From positions 7,998,001-8,062,000 of the forward strand of contig OZ176056.1 of the NCBI GenBank assembly GCA_964247055.1: a stretch of 64,000 bases of DNA. Direction: 5' to 3'. The notes under the pieces are model-generated. The model searched no databases and was not told where the DNA came from. It saw only the letters and a list, made by a program, of their open reading frames with translations. The position numbers and the translations under genes are program-made. Numbering within the stretch: the first letter of the stretch is position 1; every line of letters starts with the position of its first letter. This stretch comes from Paragordius varius (taxonomy: Eukaryota > Animalia > Nematomorpha). Below are positions 50,698-63,731 of the stretch, piece by piece.

Positions 50698-53600
50698 ATA
50701 AAATATTTATCATACATGGGGTGCTTTTATTATGCCTCACGCGTTATTCCTTCAAGAAAAACTTTTCACTTATATAGCGATTCCTATAAATCAAAATTTG
50801 CATAATGATGCTCATTTCAAATTTTTTCTATTAAAATTTAAAATAAGCAAATAAATAAATATAATATTTTTATTAGTGAGTTCCGAAATTTTTATAATTT
50901 AGACTCCGCTAAATTGAGTGGCTTTTTTTAAAATAAACACAAAAGAGCCAAGGTTGGTCGATAGATTTTTAATATCTAGAACACAAATCATATTTAAAAA
51001 AATAAATTTTATTATAGCGTAGATGTTATTTGAAGCACAATGCGCACAGTACAAAAACACTTTTAAAACTAAAAAATACCATTATTATTAAAGGCTGAAT
51101 AGTTACCCAGACTCTTAATGAATATTATCTTGCCTTCAAATTTAAGCATTTAAAATCCAATGTGTCAGATCTAATACCTAGAAATAGATTTATTGTTACA
51201 GCACACAAAAAAGTAAGTATAAGGATTATTATGGCGCTTTTGCTTTTGGTTTACATAGTTCTACCACTTTTGTGGTAACTATTTCATATCAGAAAATGGC
51301 ATTTGTGCACATTTTGTCAAATAATAAATGTGGAGCCAAATTAATCCTTATAAAAATATTTTTAAACGACAATATTTTTATAAATTTATAAATGTTTAGA
51401 ATAAACTATGAAAGTCTCAAATCAATAAAATAGAGATGTACATTGGTAACAATTAATCACATGTTTTATGAATGTTATTTAATGATTTTAATAGGATTAA
51501 TTAAGGTATGAAAAGAAAAGAAAATGTCCTTATATTTTTTACATTTTGTTTGTGAGTTAAATTTAATTTTTAATTGTAATTAAGATATATCACATCGATT
51601 AAGGTAAAAATTTGATTTAAATTATACATAGCATCTCCCAATATGACTGAACATTTTGCAAATTATACATCAGTCGAATATATTCCATCAAAATTTAGCA
51701 ATTTAAATTTTGCTGAAATTTCAACATCATCCACCTTTGAATTTTTCAAGTAGATTTAAATTTTTTTAAATAAATATTTTTATCTAATTTTCGTTCAAAA
51801 ATAAAATCGAATTAATATAATCATCAGTAAAAATTGAAGTTTTACGGAGAAAATGTATAAATATAAAGACAACAACATTTATTTTTTAAAAGACAACCAT
51901 ACTTTTTCATACCATAATTTATTCAATCAAAATCATTTAATAACAATCGTAAAATATTGATTATGCTACCAATATACATCTTATTTTGGAGTTTAAAAAA
52001 TGAGTTATATTTAAAAAATCAAGAATTAAAACGTAAGGTTGTCTTTTAAAAAAAATATTTGTCTTTATTTTTTTACGTTTTGTCCGAATAATTTCTATTT
52101 TTAATGTTTATTAATTTTTACATTATAAAAAAGTATTTTTAAAATGTGAATTTTGCACTTTTGATGCCTCACTATATCTAAGAAGCCATTTTTACTGAAG
52201 CAAATGTTTTAGAGATGCATTTTGATAGTTGATTTCAAACTATAGTAGGGCAATTCGCCAGTAGTGTATGAAAAAAGAAAGGAAATAATTGTTTATTCAA
52301 CCTTTTGTTGTTTTTTCCATACACTACTGTGTTGCAAATTGACCAACTATAGTGTGTAAGCAACTATACCAAAATGCATACTATGCCTCTTAAGCTCAAA
52401 AAAAACTCAATCAATATTTTATTTGTAAAGTTTTTATTTAGTTACACAAAATTAAATATTATAAATATTAAAGCTACAAAAATGTGAGGCACACACACTT
52501 TCATTTTTTGCATCTCATAAATGCCATTATTATGCTTATTTTATCAATAGTCGTCATATTTTGGAGATTAGTAAAGGATTAGATAATATGGGTTCTTTCA
52601 ACGTACGATTGTTGGGTTGTTTCGTCCTGGCATGGATTTTAACCTATTTTTGTTTGATGGGTGGAATCAAAGCCACCGGAAAGGTTCCCATATAATAATA
52701 TACTCTAAAATTAACACCATTGACTGATAAAAATATTTATTACTACATTAAAACTTGAAATTACACAGAGACGACGTAAAAATATAAAGACAAATATTTT
52801 TATCTACAAGACAACCAACCATACTTTTTAAAACCTTGTTTTTTCTTATAAAGCTATTTAGTTACAATTGTGAAAAATATAAAATGTTGATTGTGTTATT
52901 TCTATATATCTCTATTTCACACTTTGCCATTTAAAACAATGAGAGAGTTATATTAAAATAAATCATGGTTAAAGTATGTATGGTTGTCTTTTAGGAAAAA
53001 CATATTTGTCTTTATATTTTCACGTTTTGTCCGTATAATTTCAACAATTTTTACTGTAATTTATAAATTTATTCACCAAGATTGTATATTTAACCGCAAT
53101 ACTCCCGTACATTATACTCACAGCCTTGTTGATAAGATCACTTTACTTACCTGGAGCACTAACAGGCATCTTATTTTTCATAAAACCGGATTGGGGCAAA
53201 TTCAAAGAACTAACGGTATCACAAAATGCATTAATAAACCACATTCATTCCCCTTCCTTCTTTTTAATGAATTTATCTTTTTATGACACAATATATTATA
53301 TTATAACATATTGTCTTTCATGTAGATCGCATTTTTAAGTTTTAAAAAGGATCCCTAGGGTTTAGTTATAATGATTTTTAGTGTACATTTCAACTTTTGT
53401 GAATATTTTAAAGTTTTTTCATCATGAACCAAACAAATTAAAAAAAATTAATTTATTCATTTTATAGTAAAATTTTGCAAATATTTTACAATTCAAATTC
53501 ACCCTTAATGAAAATTATGTGTTTTCGGGCTAATATAACTCATTATTAATATAAAATATATCTTTATAGCATATTTTATTTTTTCAGTATCATTTTAAAT

Positions 53601-56600
53601 AAAAACGAAATTTCAATTTTTAAAAAACTAAAAAATCCAGGTAAGTAATATTTAATCTTAAAACATAACTTATTTTAGGGTAAATTTGGATTGTAAATGG
53701 TATATATATTTATTAAAATATACTAAATTTTGAATTAAGAAAATTTATGTTTTTAATAAAGGGTCAAAGCAAAGAGGGAGTATAAAATATATCCCTTAAT
53801 CCATTTTATTTTTTATGATAAATAATTATAGATATTATTATTATAATTATGTAATTATTTGCTATTTTTTGTTGATGAAAGATTTGGAAGGAGGCAGCTA
53901 CTCAGGTATTTTATTTTCTGGGACCAGGATGGGGTTGTCTTATAACGATAGCAAGTTATAACAAATTTCGTGAAAATTGCCTACGGTATCCTATATGAAA
54001 AGCTCTACTTAAATTTAATTTTACATTATGAATTGAAATTATACGGGGGCAAAACGTATAAAAACATTAATAAAACAAATATTTATTCATTTTTGTTAAC
54101 AAAAAGGCAGCCATACTTTTTATACCTTAATTTTTGAATATATATATATATATATCTTATATATTTAGAACAATTGTAAAATATATCATTTTGTTTAAGA
54201 TATTAATATACATTTTTATTTCACATGCAATTTAACACTTTATAACTTTTCCACTTTTTAGTCTGCGAATACATATTGGGTAGTTGTATATCCCTGAGCT
54301 CAATCTTGTAAATAACATAGTGTTTGTAAGTTATTTTATTTAAAATTTAATTATTAAATATTTGTTCTTCTGTGTAGATAAAATATATTTTTTACAGTTG
54401 TAACTTTAGAGCAGGGGTGTTCATCACAGATATTTGCGGGTTGCTGGAAATTTTTCTTTTTATTTATTTATTTTGTAAATTTTAGATGATATATTCACTA
54501 AATAATCCTAAATTTTTGATTGATATCCAATTTTTTAATTTTTTAAATTTTTTTTAGAGCACTTTTTTTTCTACCGAAAAAAGAGTGTTGAACACCCCCT
54601 GTTCTAGAACTTATTGAAGTTAATTATTTACTAACCAAAATACACCTTTATTTGCCTAATATTTTAGCAATTTAATAACAATTGACGAAAAAAAATAGCG
54701 GCGAAAATGGGATCAGATTTTTTACATTTTTATAAAAAAATTTGAGTAAGCATACGCGCTAAAAGATAAAGAAAGCATATTTTTAAATTTCGGCCTAATA
54801 TATTAAATATTTTTTAAGATATTTACAAATCGTTCTGGAATATAAAACTACCCCAAACAGTTATAAGGTGTTGAAACAATTAATTGTATTCAAAAAATTA
54901 AGTTAAGAAAGTGGTTTTTAAAAAATATTTTTTTTTATAATTTTTTAGTTTTGTCCCTATAATTTCAATTTTATTATATATATGTTTTAATCACGGATTA
55001 ATCAGTGGTTTTAAAGCTTTTAATATTATTTTTTATTATTATCCAATTTACTATAAACAAAAATTTTTTTCAATAGATAGAGTAGATTTTTTTGGAATAT
55101 CACAACTATTGCGGTTTTATCGGTTATTTTGGATTTTATAATATTTAATCAAAATTACGCAATATACTTACTATTCATATCTATGCATTTTAATTGGAAA
55201 CCATTAAAAAATGGTGAAACATGTGTCAAATTTTTCATAAATTAAGACCATTTGCTCCTCCCCCGCTTTTAAAAGAACCCAAAGAAACTAAATTTAGTCC
55301 CTATTTCTAACTAAGCAATTGATCTAACTTTAAACTAAAGTAATTCATATAACATTCAAAATATTTTTTAAATCTTAAAAAAGTAGTTATTTGTCTATAT
55401 ATATATATATATATATATATAGTCATGTATCCTTTATTTATCAAAAATTTATTTATTTTTTCGTTAAATGGGTATAAACATTTGGTAAAGAATGGAAAAA
55501 ACAAGAGCTCTATGGTAATTCTTATACTTTTTTGATGAATATGATATTGTTAATACCATAGAGCTCTTGTTTTTTCCATTCTTTACCAAATATTTATACC
55601 CATTTAACAAGAAGAAAAAATAAATAAATTTTTAATGAAATAAAGGATACATGACTGTATATATGATAGTGATAGCATTACAGTCCCCTTAATATCGGGT
55701 CTAACATCCGTATATGCTGGATTCATAGTTTTTGCTTTGATTGGATTCATGTCAAACGAATTAGCCTTACCTATTGAAATGGTTGCCACACATGGTTAAA
55801 TTTATTTTGCATATAAAAGAGAATTTATACGGACAAAACGTAAAAATATAGAGACTATTTTTTATTTCTAAAAGACAACCCCATACTTTTAAAATCTTAA
55901 TATTTTTTCAATTACTACATTTTTTAAGAGTCCAAAGTATAAAATAGATATGTATATTGGTAACATAATCATTTACATGTTTTCTGATTGTTATAAAATG
56001 TTTTAAATATGAATAAAGGTATGAAAAAGTTTAATTGTCTTTTAAAAAAAATTTGTCTTTATATTTTTACGTTTTGTCTGTATAATTTCATTTTTACTGT
56101 AACTCATTTAAAAATGCACACTTCTTTAACGCCATGTTAATATTTGAAAAATTAATGAATAAATAAGTATTACATCAGCTCAAATCTGTATTAAAAATGA
56201 CTTTCATGGAGCTTTTATTAAAGGCCTTCAATTTTATCAACTTTAGTGATTATTAATATTGTGCATTTTAGTATCTGTGAACTTATTTTATAGTCAGTCA
56301 AATAAAAGAAATGGTTTATTAAATGTTAAAAATACTGATCCACAAAATTATTCCGTACTGCACATATGAAAAAGGATTGAGGTGAGAAACATAGGCCTAT
56401 TTGTAATGCTAAATTTTGAGAATTTTATAGCAATTTATGTTAACAATTTATTGTATGTATTCATTAGATGCGGAATTTTGTGGATTTTAAGGTTGAAAAT
56501 AATTATAATATAAAATCTATTTTCAAATTATTATTCCGTTTATTACCATCAATTAAAAAATTATTTTTTTGTTTTATATTGTTAATAAAAATAATAAATA

Positions 56601-59600
56601 TTTTTAAGATAATTTAAATACAAATAAATTGCGGTTTGTTACATTGTAACATTTATATTTTGTTTGTTATACATTGTTAACTATCATTAATTAAAAAATA
56701 TCAGTCATGTATCCTTTATTTTATCAAAAATTTTTTCGTTAAATGGGCATAAATATTTGGTAAAGAATGGAAAAACCAATAGCTCTATGGTAATTCTTAT
56801 ACTTTTTTGATGAATATAATATTGTTAACCATAAAGCTCTTGTTTTATCCATTCTTTACCAAATATACCCATTTAACAAAACAAAATAAATTTTTGATAA
56901 AATAAAGGATACACGACTGTATATAGTTAAAATGTTTCACTTTCTATGTATAAAAATCTATCTCTCCTAAAATGTATAAATTAAGCTATAAATTATATCA
57001 AGGTTGATTGATTAACAAACAGACAAATTTGATGACATTTTGGTATAATATACCATTTGCAGTTCAAATTTACCATTTAACAATTGTGAAATTCACCCGC
57101 ACACAATAATTCACCCTTGAACACTTCACATTCACCCTAAAAATAAATTTTGTGTTTTCGAACTAATATAACTCATTATTAATATGAAATTTATCTTTAT
57201 GGCATAGTTTATTATTTTTTCAGTATTATTTTAATTTAAAGCAAATTTTTATTTTTAAAAAATATATAAAATTACAGGTAATTTTTAATCTTAAAAAAAC
57301 ATATAATTTATCTGAGGGTGAATATGAATTGTTCGAGGATGAATTTGAGTTCAAGGGTGAATTTGAATTGTTAATGGTATATTATATAAAACAGGTCTAG
57401 CTTTGGCCTTCATGGTTTACCCAGAAGCTCTGCTGCATATGCCATGGTCCAACTTGTGGTCAGTTCTGTTTTTCCTTATGCTATGGTCCGTGGGGATCGA
57501 CACTTTGGTTTTTTTATTTTACAAAAGTTATAAAAGTTAGTCTCATTAAATGTTTTAATTTTATAACTGTATCCTCCAAATTAATCTGATTTAGTCGATA
57601 GTCTATACTTTATACTCTATAGATTATAAGATTTAAAGATGGAGAAGTTATACATTAGTAAATATTGAAATTATACAAATGAAAAAGGTTAAAAAACTCA
57701 AAAGCAATTTTTTTTCCAATAATTAAATTGATTAATTATCTACAATTGTAACTATAATATTGGACTGTGTTACCAATTTACATCTCTATTTCATTTGCAA
57801 TTTAAAACAATGATTTTACAAAGTCACGTTTAAAAAAGTATAGCGGTCTAAAAATATTTGCCAGAATGAAAATTTTTACTGTATTATTACCTAATATGGA
57901 ATTAAATTAAATTTAGATGTTTGAAAATAATTTATAGTTTGTGGAACTTGAAGTTGTCTATACTGCAATGTATGAAATTTTACCAACAAAAATTAAAGCT
58001 CATAGATTTGGTTTTAGCTTTGTTGCATCAATCATTATGTTTGGATTAGGTCTACCTTACGTCCTAAAAGTACTATATCTTAAATTTTTTTACATTTACA
58101 TTAAAAAATGAAATTGTACAGACAAAACGTAAAAATATAAAAACAACATTTTTTTCTTCGAAAAAAGACTATTATACTTTTTTTAATTAATCCCATTAAA
58201 ATCATTTAACAAAAAACATGTAATTGATTATGTTACCCATATACATCGCTTACTTTAGAGTTTAAAGGAAAGAGTAATATTTGAAAAAAATTAAAATTTC
58301 AAAAGTATGATTGTCTTTTAGAAAAAAATGATTGTATTTAAATTTTACGTTTTGTCCGTATAATTTTAATTTTAATTATAATTTGTTGTATTTATCAACA
58401 AACCAGTTTGCTAAATTGGATAAATAATAATTATTATTTTAATATGCGACCTCTACGTATACTGAAAAATATTTAAAATCATATAAAACAAATATCAAAT
58501 GAAAGGAAATTGCTACCAAGGTAAATTGAGTATTTTAGTGCGGTTTCAGTATTTAGAGATATTTATAAAATCAACAAAATTTTGTCGACATAAGATTTTT
58601 TTTTAACATATGCGTGTTTTTGAAAATAGCTTTCTAAAGCATCTTGGCTTTTTTTATATTAGTTTATAGTTTAACGCATTATCAATAAAAGTTAGATCAT
58701 GCATGAAAAATTATCCTAAACCAATAAAGTTAACATTTTACCTTTATAATTTAAATCTTGTTCAAAAAAATTGCGATTTTTTCCTTCTATTTTGTTTATA
58801 AAAAAATCCTTAAACACGGCTAGTAAACCCCAAAATTTTAAGTATTTAAAATTATATGGACAAAACGTACAAACAAAACAATATTTTTCTCAAAAGCCAA
58901 CATACTTCTTTAAACCTCATTTTATCCTATAAAAATTATTTAAATACAATCGTAAAATACACATGATTGATTGTGTTACCAATTTACATCTCCATTTTAT
59001 ACTTTGAAGTTTTAACAATCAGTAATATTTCAAAAAATAAGATTTTAATTTGTCTTTATATTTTTACGATTGTGATTACAATTTAAATTTTATATTTTGT
59101 CCGGCTGAATACTATAGTTATATTTCCCTATCATTTTATATTTATCAAAACATAGAGGATAATTATAAAGCGTTTTACCAAAATACAATCTAAAAATCTA
59201 GTTTTTATTTTTACGTTTTCATTTAAGGGCGGTATATATTTGTTTCAACTCATGGATTGGTATTTATCATTAGTATCAGTGATGATCTTTGCCTTATTGG
59301 AAACATTAGCAGTGGCCTGGATATATGGTATATTATGAAAAATTCCAATTACAGTAAAAATGAAATTATACGGACAAAACGTAAAAATATAAAGACAAAT
59401 ATTTTTTCTTAAAGACAACCAAACGATTTTTTTAAATTTTGTTTGTTTTTTCAAATATAAATGATTATTTGAAACTGCAATGTATAATATAGAGATGTAA
59501 ATTGGTAACACAATCAAATATTGTATTTTGAGATTTTAATTAAATAATTTATATAGCAAAAATTAAAAGGTTTTAAAAAGTATGGTTATCATTGCAAAAA

Positions 59601-61362
59601 ATATGTGTCTTATTATTTTTACGTTTTGTCCATATATTTTCAGTATTTACTGTATATAAAATATACTATAAATGAAAATGGTTCACTCATCACTGTCAGC
59701 CATGGACAAGTTATTTAGGTGTTAAAGTTTTTTGGATTCCTTAATAAAAGTTAGTGAATTACTTTTTAATCGTCGAACTTATGAATTACTATGGGGGAGA
59801 AAATTTAGTGACTAACAATGAAAATGTCCAAAAATATTTTAATTAATATATATTTATATAACGTTATAGGTGCCGATAAATTTTTAAGCGATATAGAATT
59901 CATGTTAGACCGGAAAATTAAATATGCCAGTATGTGGAAGTTTTTGTGGAAATACCTGAATCCATTTCTCCTTCTTGTAAGTGAGAAACCAAATTTTAAT
60001 TAAATTACAATAGTAAAAATTGAAATTATGCGGACAAAACGGGACGTAAAAATATAAAGACAGATATTTTTTCAAAAGACCGTTTTATACTTTTTTAAAC
60101 TTTAACCTTTTACATTTTAATTCATTGTTTTATACTACAAATTAATAAATAGTGATAGATATTGGTAACACAATTAATTTTATGCATTTTACAATTGTAA
60201 TGATATTTTTGTTAATATTATCAACGAGAACGAATATTTTCGGTTAAAATAATAATTTGAATTCTCGTAAAATTTATTAAATTGAGCGTCTGTATAATTT
60301 ATTATACTTTACTTAATATTTTAGGTGATTCTAGGGTCCAATATCTTTTTATATGTCCCAGTTCAATATGCCAATTACATTTTTCCTTTGTGGGCAACTA
60401 ATATTGGCTGGTGTATTGCTTTTATTAGCTTAATTCCCATTCCCTGTTATATGATATATCATTTTTGGCGGTATAATAAGGGCGATTCCTGGACAGAGGT
60501 TTTTATTTTGCAAAATGCATTGTTTTTATATAATTTAATATTTCACTATGATGATAACAATTTAATTAATACACTAAAGTTTGAAATTATACAGATAAGT
60601 AAAATCAAAAGACAAATATTTTTTCTGAAGGCTAGCATATTTTTTAAACATGGTTTTTTTAAATATACCGTTTAGACTTCAAGAGTGTTTTGACTTCAAG
60701 TTGGTATTTACTCTTTAGAAACTTCAATTTGGTTTTTAAAAATTTTAAGTTGGTTCTTGAACATTTCAAAAATAATATCTATCATTTAAAAACCAATTTG
60801 TTTCAAACTAATTTTTTCCATTTCGCCAATATCAATTATAAATGTTTTCAACGAAACATTGTAATTAATCACCCAGAAAACTATTTTTTTTCAATTCCAT
60901 GTTGAAATCTTAATAAAATTAATAATTTTTTGAAAGCTTAATAAAGATTATGGTTTCTGAATGATTAAAAGTTGATATGGATTAAAGTTTGGTTAAGAGC
61001 GAGCAAGATATTAGGTTAAAAATACTAAAATATACGAATCTTAAACAGTTTCATTGATAAATTAAAACATTTTAATTGAACATTCAACTTGAAGTGTTCA
61101 GAGAACAACTGTGTTTAAGGGCAGTCTTAAAGCACAATGGAAAATATTAAAGTTTTTAAAAGATATTTGTTATTTTATACACATACGGTTATGTCAGAAT
61201 ATTTTCAAATTTTACCGTATTTATTTTGATAACTCATGTTTTATCTAGAAATTTCGTAAAGCTTTACAATCATCCCCGGATTGGTATCCTACGGAAGAAC
61301 CGTATAAAAGCAACTATATAAATTCCGAAAACTCTTTAACTTTATTGAATTATGCGACATAA
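46904..61362 (+). CDS. SLC6/NSS Na+/Cl- neurotransmitter or amino-acid transporter family member (GlyT-like at some sites, strongly divergent), ~622 aa
   Basis: 14 in-phase exons: 46904-47090, 47493-47624, 50410-50604, 51632-51749, 52551-52683, 53081-53215, 53882-53985, 55670-55794, 57395-57507, 57938-58069, 59228-59327, 59870-59976, 60325-60498 and 61249-61362. Motifs: [74 protein letters not shown]. Confidence 0.95.
47119..47476. mobile_element. MITE family A copy in SLC6 intron 1
   Basis: TA TSDs at 47117-47118 and 47477-47478; 21-bp units on both arms. Confidence 0.9.
47853..48576. mobile_element. hAT-like non-autonomous element (contains nested family A)
   Basis: taggggtgtccaa ... ttggaaacccctg; TSD not convincing. 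A related end (attagacacccctg) lies at about 12910-12923. Confidence 0.5.
48173..48420. mobile_element. MITE family A copy nested in a hAT-like element
   Basis: Family A body with a degenerate right end. Confidence 0.7.
50650..50694. repeat. (TA)n microsatellite
   Basis: Long TA run. Others lie at about 3951-3995, 11083-11101, 15932-15958, 30967-31001, 46617-46650, 55396-55420 and 63699-63726; a (CA)n lies at about 46768-46787. Confidence 0.95.
52190..52400. repeat. Imperfect palindrome, probable MITE
   Basis: tgcattttgatagtt...actatagt..cagtagtgtatgaaaaaa versus ttttccatacactactg...actatagt...aactataccaaaatgca. Confidence 0.6.
52746..53056. mobile_element. MITE family B copy (SLC6 intron 5)
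   Basis: Both arms present; ends tttttactg|TA 24 nt before the acceptor. Confidence 0.85.
53481..53700. mobile_element. MITE family A copy (SLC6 intron 6)
   Basis: aattcaaattcaccc...gggtaaatttggattgtaaatgg|TA. Confidence 0.75.
54412..54601. mobile_element. hAT-like MITE
   Basis: TIR CAGGGGTGTTCA / TGAACACCCCCTG; flanks ctttagag and ttctagaa resemble a decayed 8-bp NTCTAGAN TSD. Confidence 0.75.
55420..55657. mobile_element. Near-palindromic MITE family H
   Basis: About 100-bp inverted arms around a ~35-bp spacer, ends (c)agtcatg / catgactg|TA; second copy at 56702-56919. Confidence 0.85.
56702..56919. mobile_element. MITE family H copy
   Basis: Same arms and spacer as 55420-55657. Confidence 0.85.
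57053..57377. mobile_element. MITE family A copy (SLC6 intron 8)
   Basis: TA|ccatttgcag...ttaatgg|TA, ending about 17 nt before the exon 9 acceptor. Confidence 0.85.
59352..59652. mobile_element. MITE family B copy (SLC6 intron 11)
   Basis: TA|cagtaaaaatgaaattatacggacaaaacg...gtatttactg|TA. Further copies lie near 51824-52100, 54030-54250, 55810-56099, 57655-57882, 58100-58375, 58845-59090, 60010-60300, 60580-60660 and 63740-64000. Confidence 0.85.
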
Positions 61363-62179
61363 CATTCACAATTTAGTATCCATTGTTTAATATAACCAAA
61401 TTATTGACCTAAAAACATTTTTTTAATATATTATATTCATTTGTTGAAATAGTCAAATAATATATATATATATATATATATACCGCCCGCATTTTTGACT
61501 TTTAAATACAATATTAAATCAACATTATTGAATCTTATTTAAACTATAAAAAAATTGGATAAGGTAATGTTGAAATCTCCAAATTTTGAATATTTTGCAG
61601 TAATAATAATAATTTATTTAAATTTACTTTTTATATGTCATTTTCTAATTAAATGTACAAAATGTTATATTATAATTTTGAGTAAATATGGGAATAAATA
61701 ATTTATTTGATGACATTACCATTTTAAATAAATGTGCAGACATATAAATATACATAATAATACAAAAAGACTTAAAATATCTTCTCTCTTTGGTTTAAAA
61801 TTGAATAATAAGGTGCTTAAAAGTTCAGTAAAAATTGGATAACGTATAATACGAAAAAACTAAAACACTAATATTTTTATAAAAACACTAATATTTTCTA
61901 AACATTATTATAATTAATATAACTTTGGTGTTACAAAACATCAAATAGAAATATAAATTGATAACTCAATCAATTATACCTGTTACAATCGTAATCTCAT
62001 TTGAATTATACAGAATAAAATCAAGATTTAAAAAATTATAGTTGTAAAATATCTTTAAAATTACTTTTATTTCATAAAATATAATACATAATTAATTTAT
62101 TAGGATACATTTCTCTAAGCTAATAAAATTTATAAACTATTTCTATATATATTTCTATATACATCCCCTAGATTTTAAT

Positions 62180-63630
62180 TTAAAGTAGAGCTATAAGCCT
62201 CTTATGTTCTTCAGAAATGATAGCTTGTTGATATTCTTTAGCAAATGTTTCACTTAACCGTGTACTTAATTGTAAGGATTCTTGGTATTGAGATTCGTTG
62301 CCTGTCCCTTGATATAACCCTATATACAGTCCAAAACGAATAAAATTTAAAATGAAAGTTGAAATTATAAATTTTAAAAGCATAATTTAATTTTGGGAAA
62401 AAACTTTCCACCAAAAAAAGAGTTAATTAATTAAAATTATATGATTATAACTAAAAATCAAAATTAGTTTCTAAAATTTAAAAAATCAATCTACCTGTAT
62501 AATCAAACGACGTTTGAAATTATATGTGATAACTGAAAGAGAATTCATCTTAAAATGTTAAAGCAATATAAATTTAAAAATTTACAAACATACTCGATCA
62601 AAAGAGTTAATTATTTTAAATTATATGATAGTAACTGAAAATTGATTTATTAAAAAAATCATTCAAGATTATTAAACACTAAAATATCCGAGCACAAAAA
62701 AACTAAAACCAATTGATAAATTATAACCTATTAAATCTAAATTTAAAACAATTTGAAATGAAACTAGCACTAATTTACCCATTACCTTAAACAGTATATT
62801 AAATACAACTATAAAAACAATTCTAAATCACTGGTTTCACTAAAATAACCAAAAACTTGTTATATATCTTTAAAACTATCACTTCTTTATGAAAACTATA
62901 ATAGAGAAAAAGTTAAGGCAAAATGGCAGCATAGATATAGATATTCCAAAATTCAAATAATCATATATACTTCACATTTTTTAAGTAAAGCATTTTAAAT
63001 CAAACAAATTTTTGATAATTCTCAAACATTATCTCCATAAAAATGTTGTGATTTTCGAAATAAAAAGAATAATAAAAATATGATAACAAGAGGTTATAAA
63101 AGAAGTACGTACGTTTGTACAGAACAGATGCCCATATTTGGGAACATGGATCCAATATTTTAACGGATAATTGACAACCTGGACTTAACATTGTTAAACA
63201 ATCCTATATATATAGATATCAAAAATATTAAAAATTATTTTAATAAAGGCAAAACATAAAAAGTAAAAAATTTTTAATTGTCAACTTGATTAATTCATAT
63301 ATCCTTTTATATTAATAATATAGAAAAAGAGATATAAATAAACAACATACAGTATTATACATTTAACATTATCGAAAAATAAATCAAAATTTAATATATG
63401 TATATTACAAATTAATCTTTAAAAATTATTAAATTTAACATTTTTAAGTTTAATTTATAAATTTTACCCTAAGTCAAAATAAAAATAAGGATAAAGAACA
63501 ATGCAAACTATTTCATACCTGATAATTCTGTGAGTGTATAAATATTTGTCCCAATAGAAGTAAAGAAAAAGCTGTCATCCGATTTATATCTTCAGCGTTT
63601 GACATTTTTAACGCTTCCCTCAAATACTTT
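62180..63630 (-). CDS. MAU2: MAU2/Scc4 cohesin-loader subunit, last three exons (5' part lies beyond the window)
   Basis: Exons 63630-63519, 63203-63113 and 62319-62180 give [30 protein letters not shown]...DCLTMLSPGCQLSVKILDPCSQIWASVLYKRLYQGTGN...SEEHKRLIALL*, matching the MAU2 C-terminus ([24 protein letters not shown]...QLWSSALL). Confidence 0.9.
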
Positions 63631-63695
63631 CTATGTTAGATTTGTCAATCAAAATAAAATAAAATTAATCATTAATTTTTATAAACTTAAAAATC

Positions 63696-63731
<36 letters not shown>

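Noticed and set aside
53986-53997. U12-type donor (GTATCCTAT)
   Set aside because: One mismatch to GTATCCTT, and there is no TCCTTAAC branch site upstream of the acceptor at 55669.
55075-55250. Hydrophobic open frame as a mutually exclusive alternative to SLC6 exon 8
   Set aside because: The available acceptors give stops in the required phase, and there is no similarity to TM7.
23134-55789. Antisense ORFs 23134-23325, 35091-35288, 45433-45781, 50285-50482 and 55604-55789
   Set aside because: They are shadows of real exons or of the mariner remnant on the opposite strand.
47091-60498. Introner-type elements creating new introns
   Set aside because: SLC6 intron positions match the ancestral metazoan pattern as I recall it (NGGG|A, TGK|, NC.R|D, G|GG, W.YG|). 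The MITEs lie inside existing introns and do not provide the GT/AG ends.
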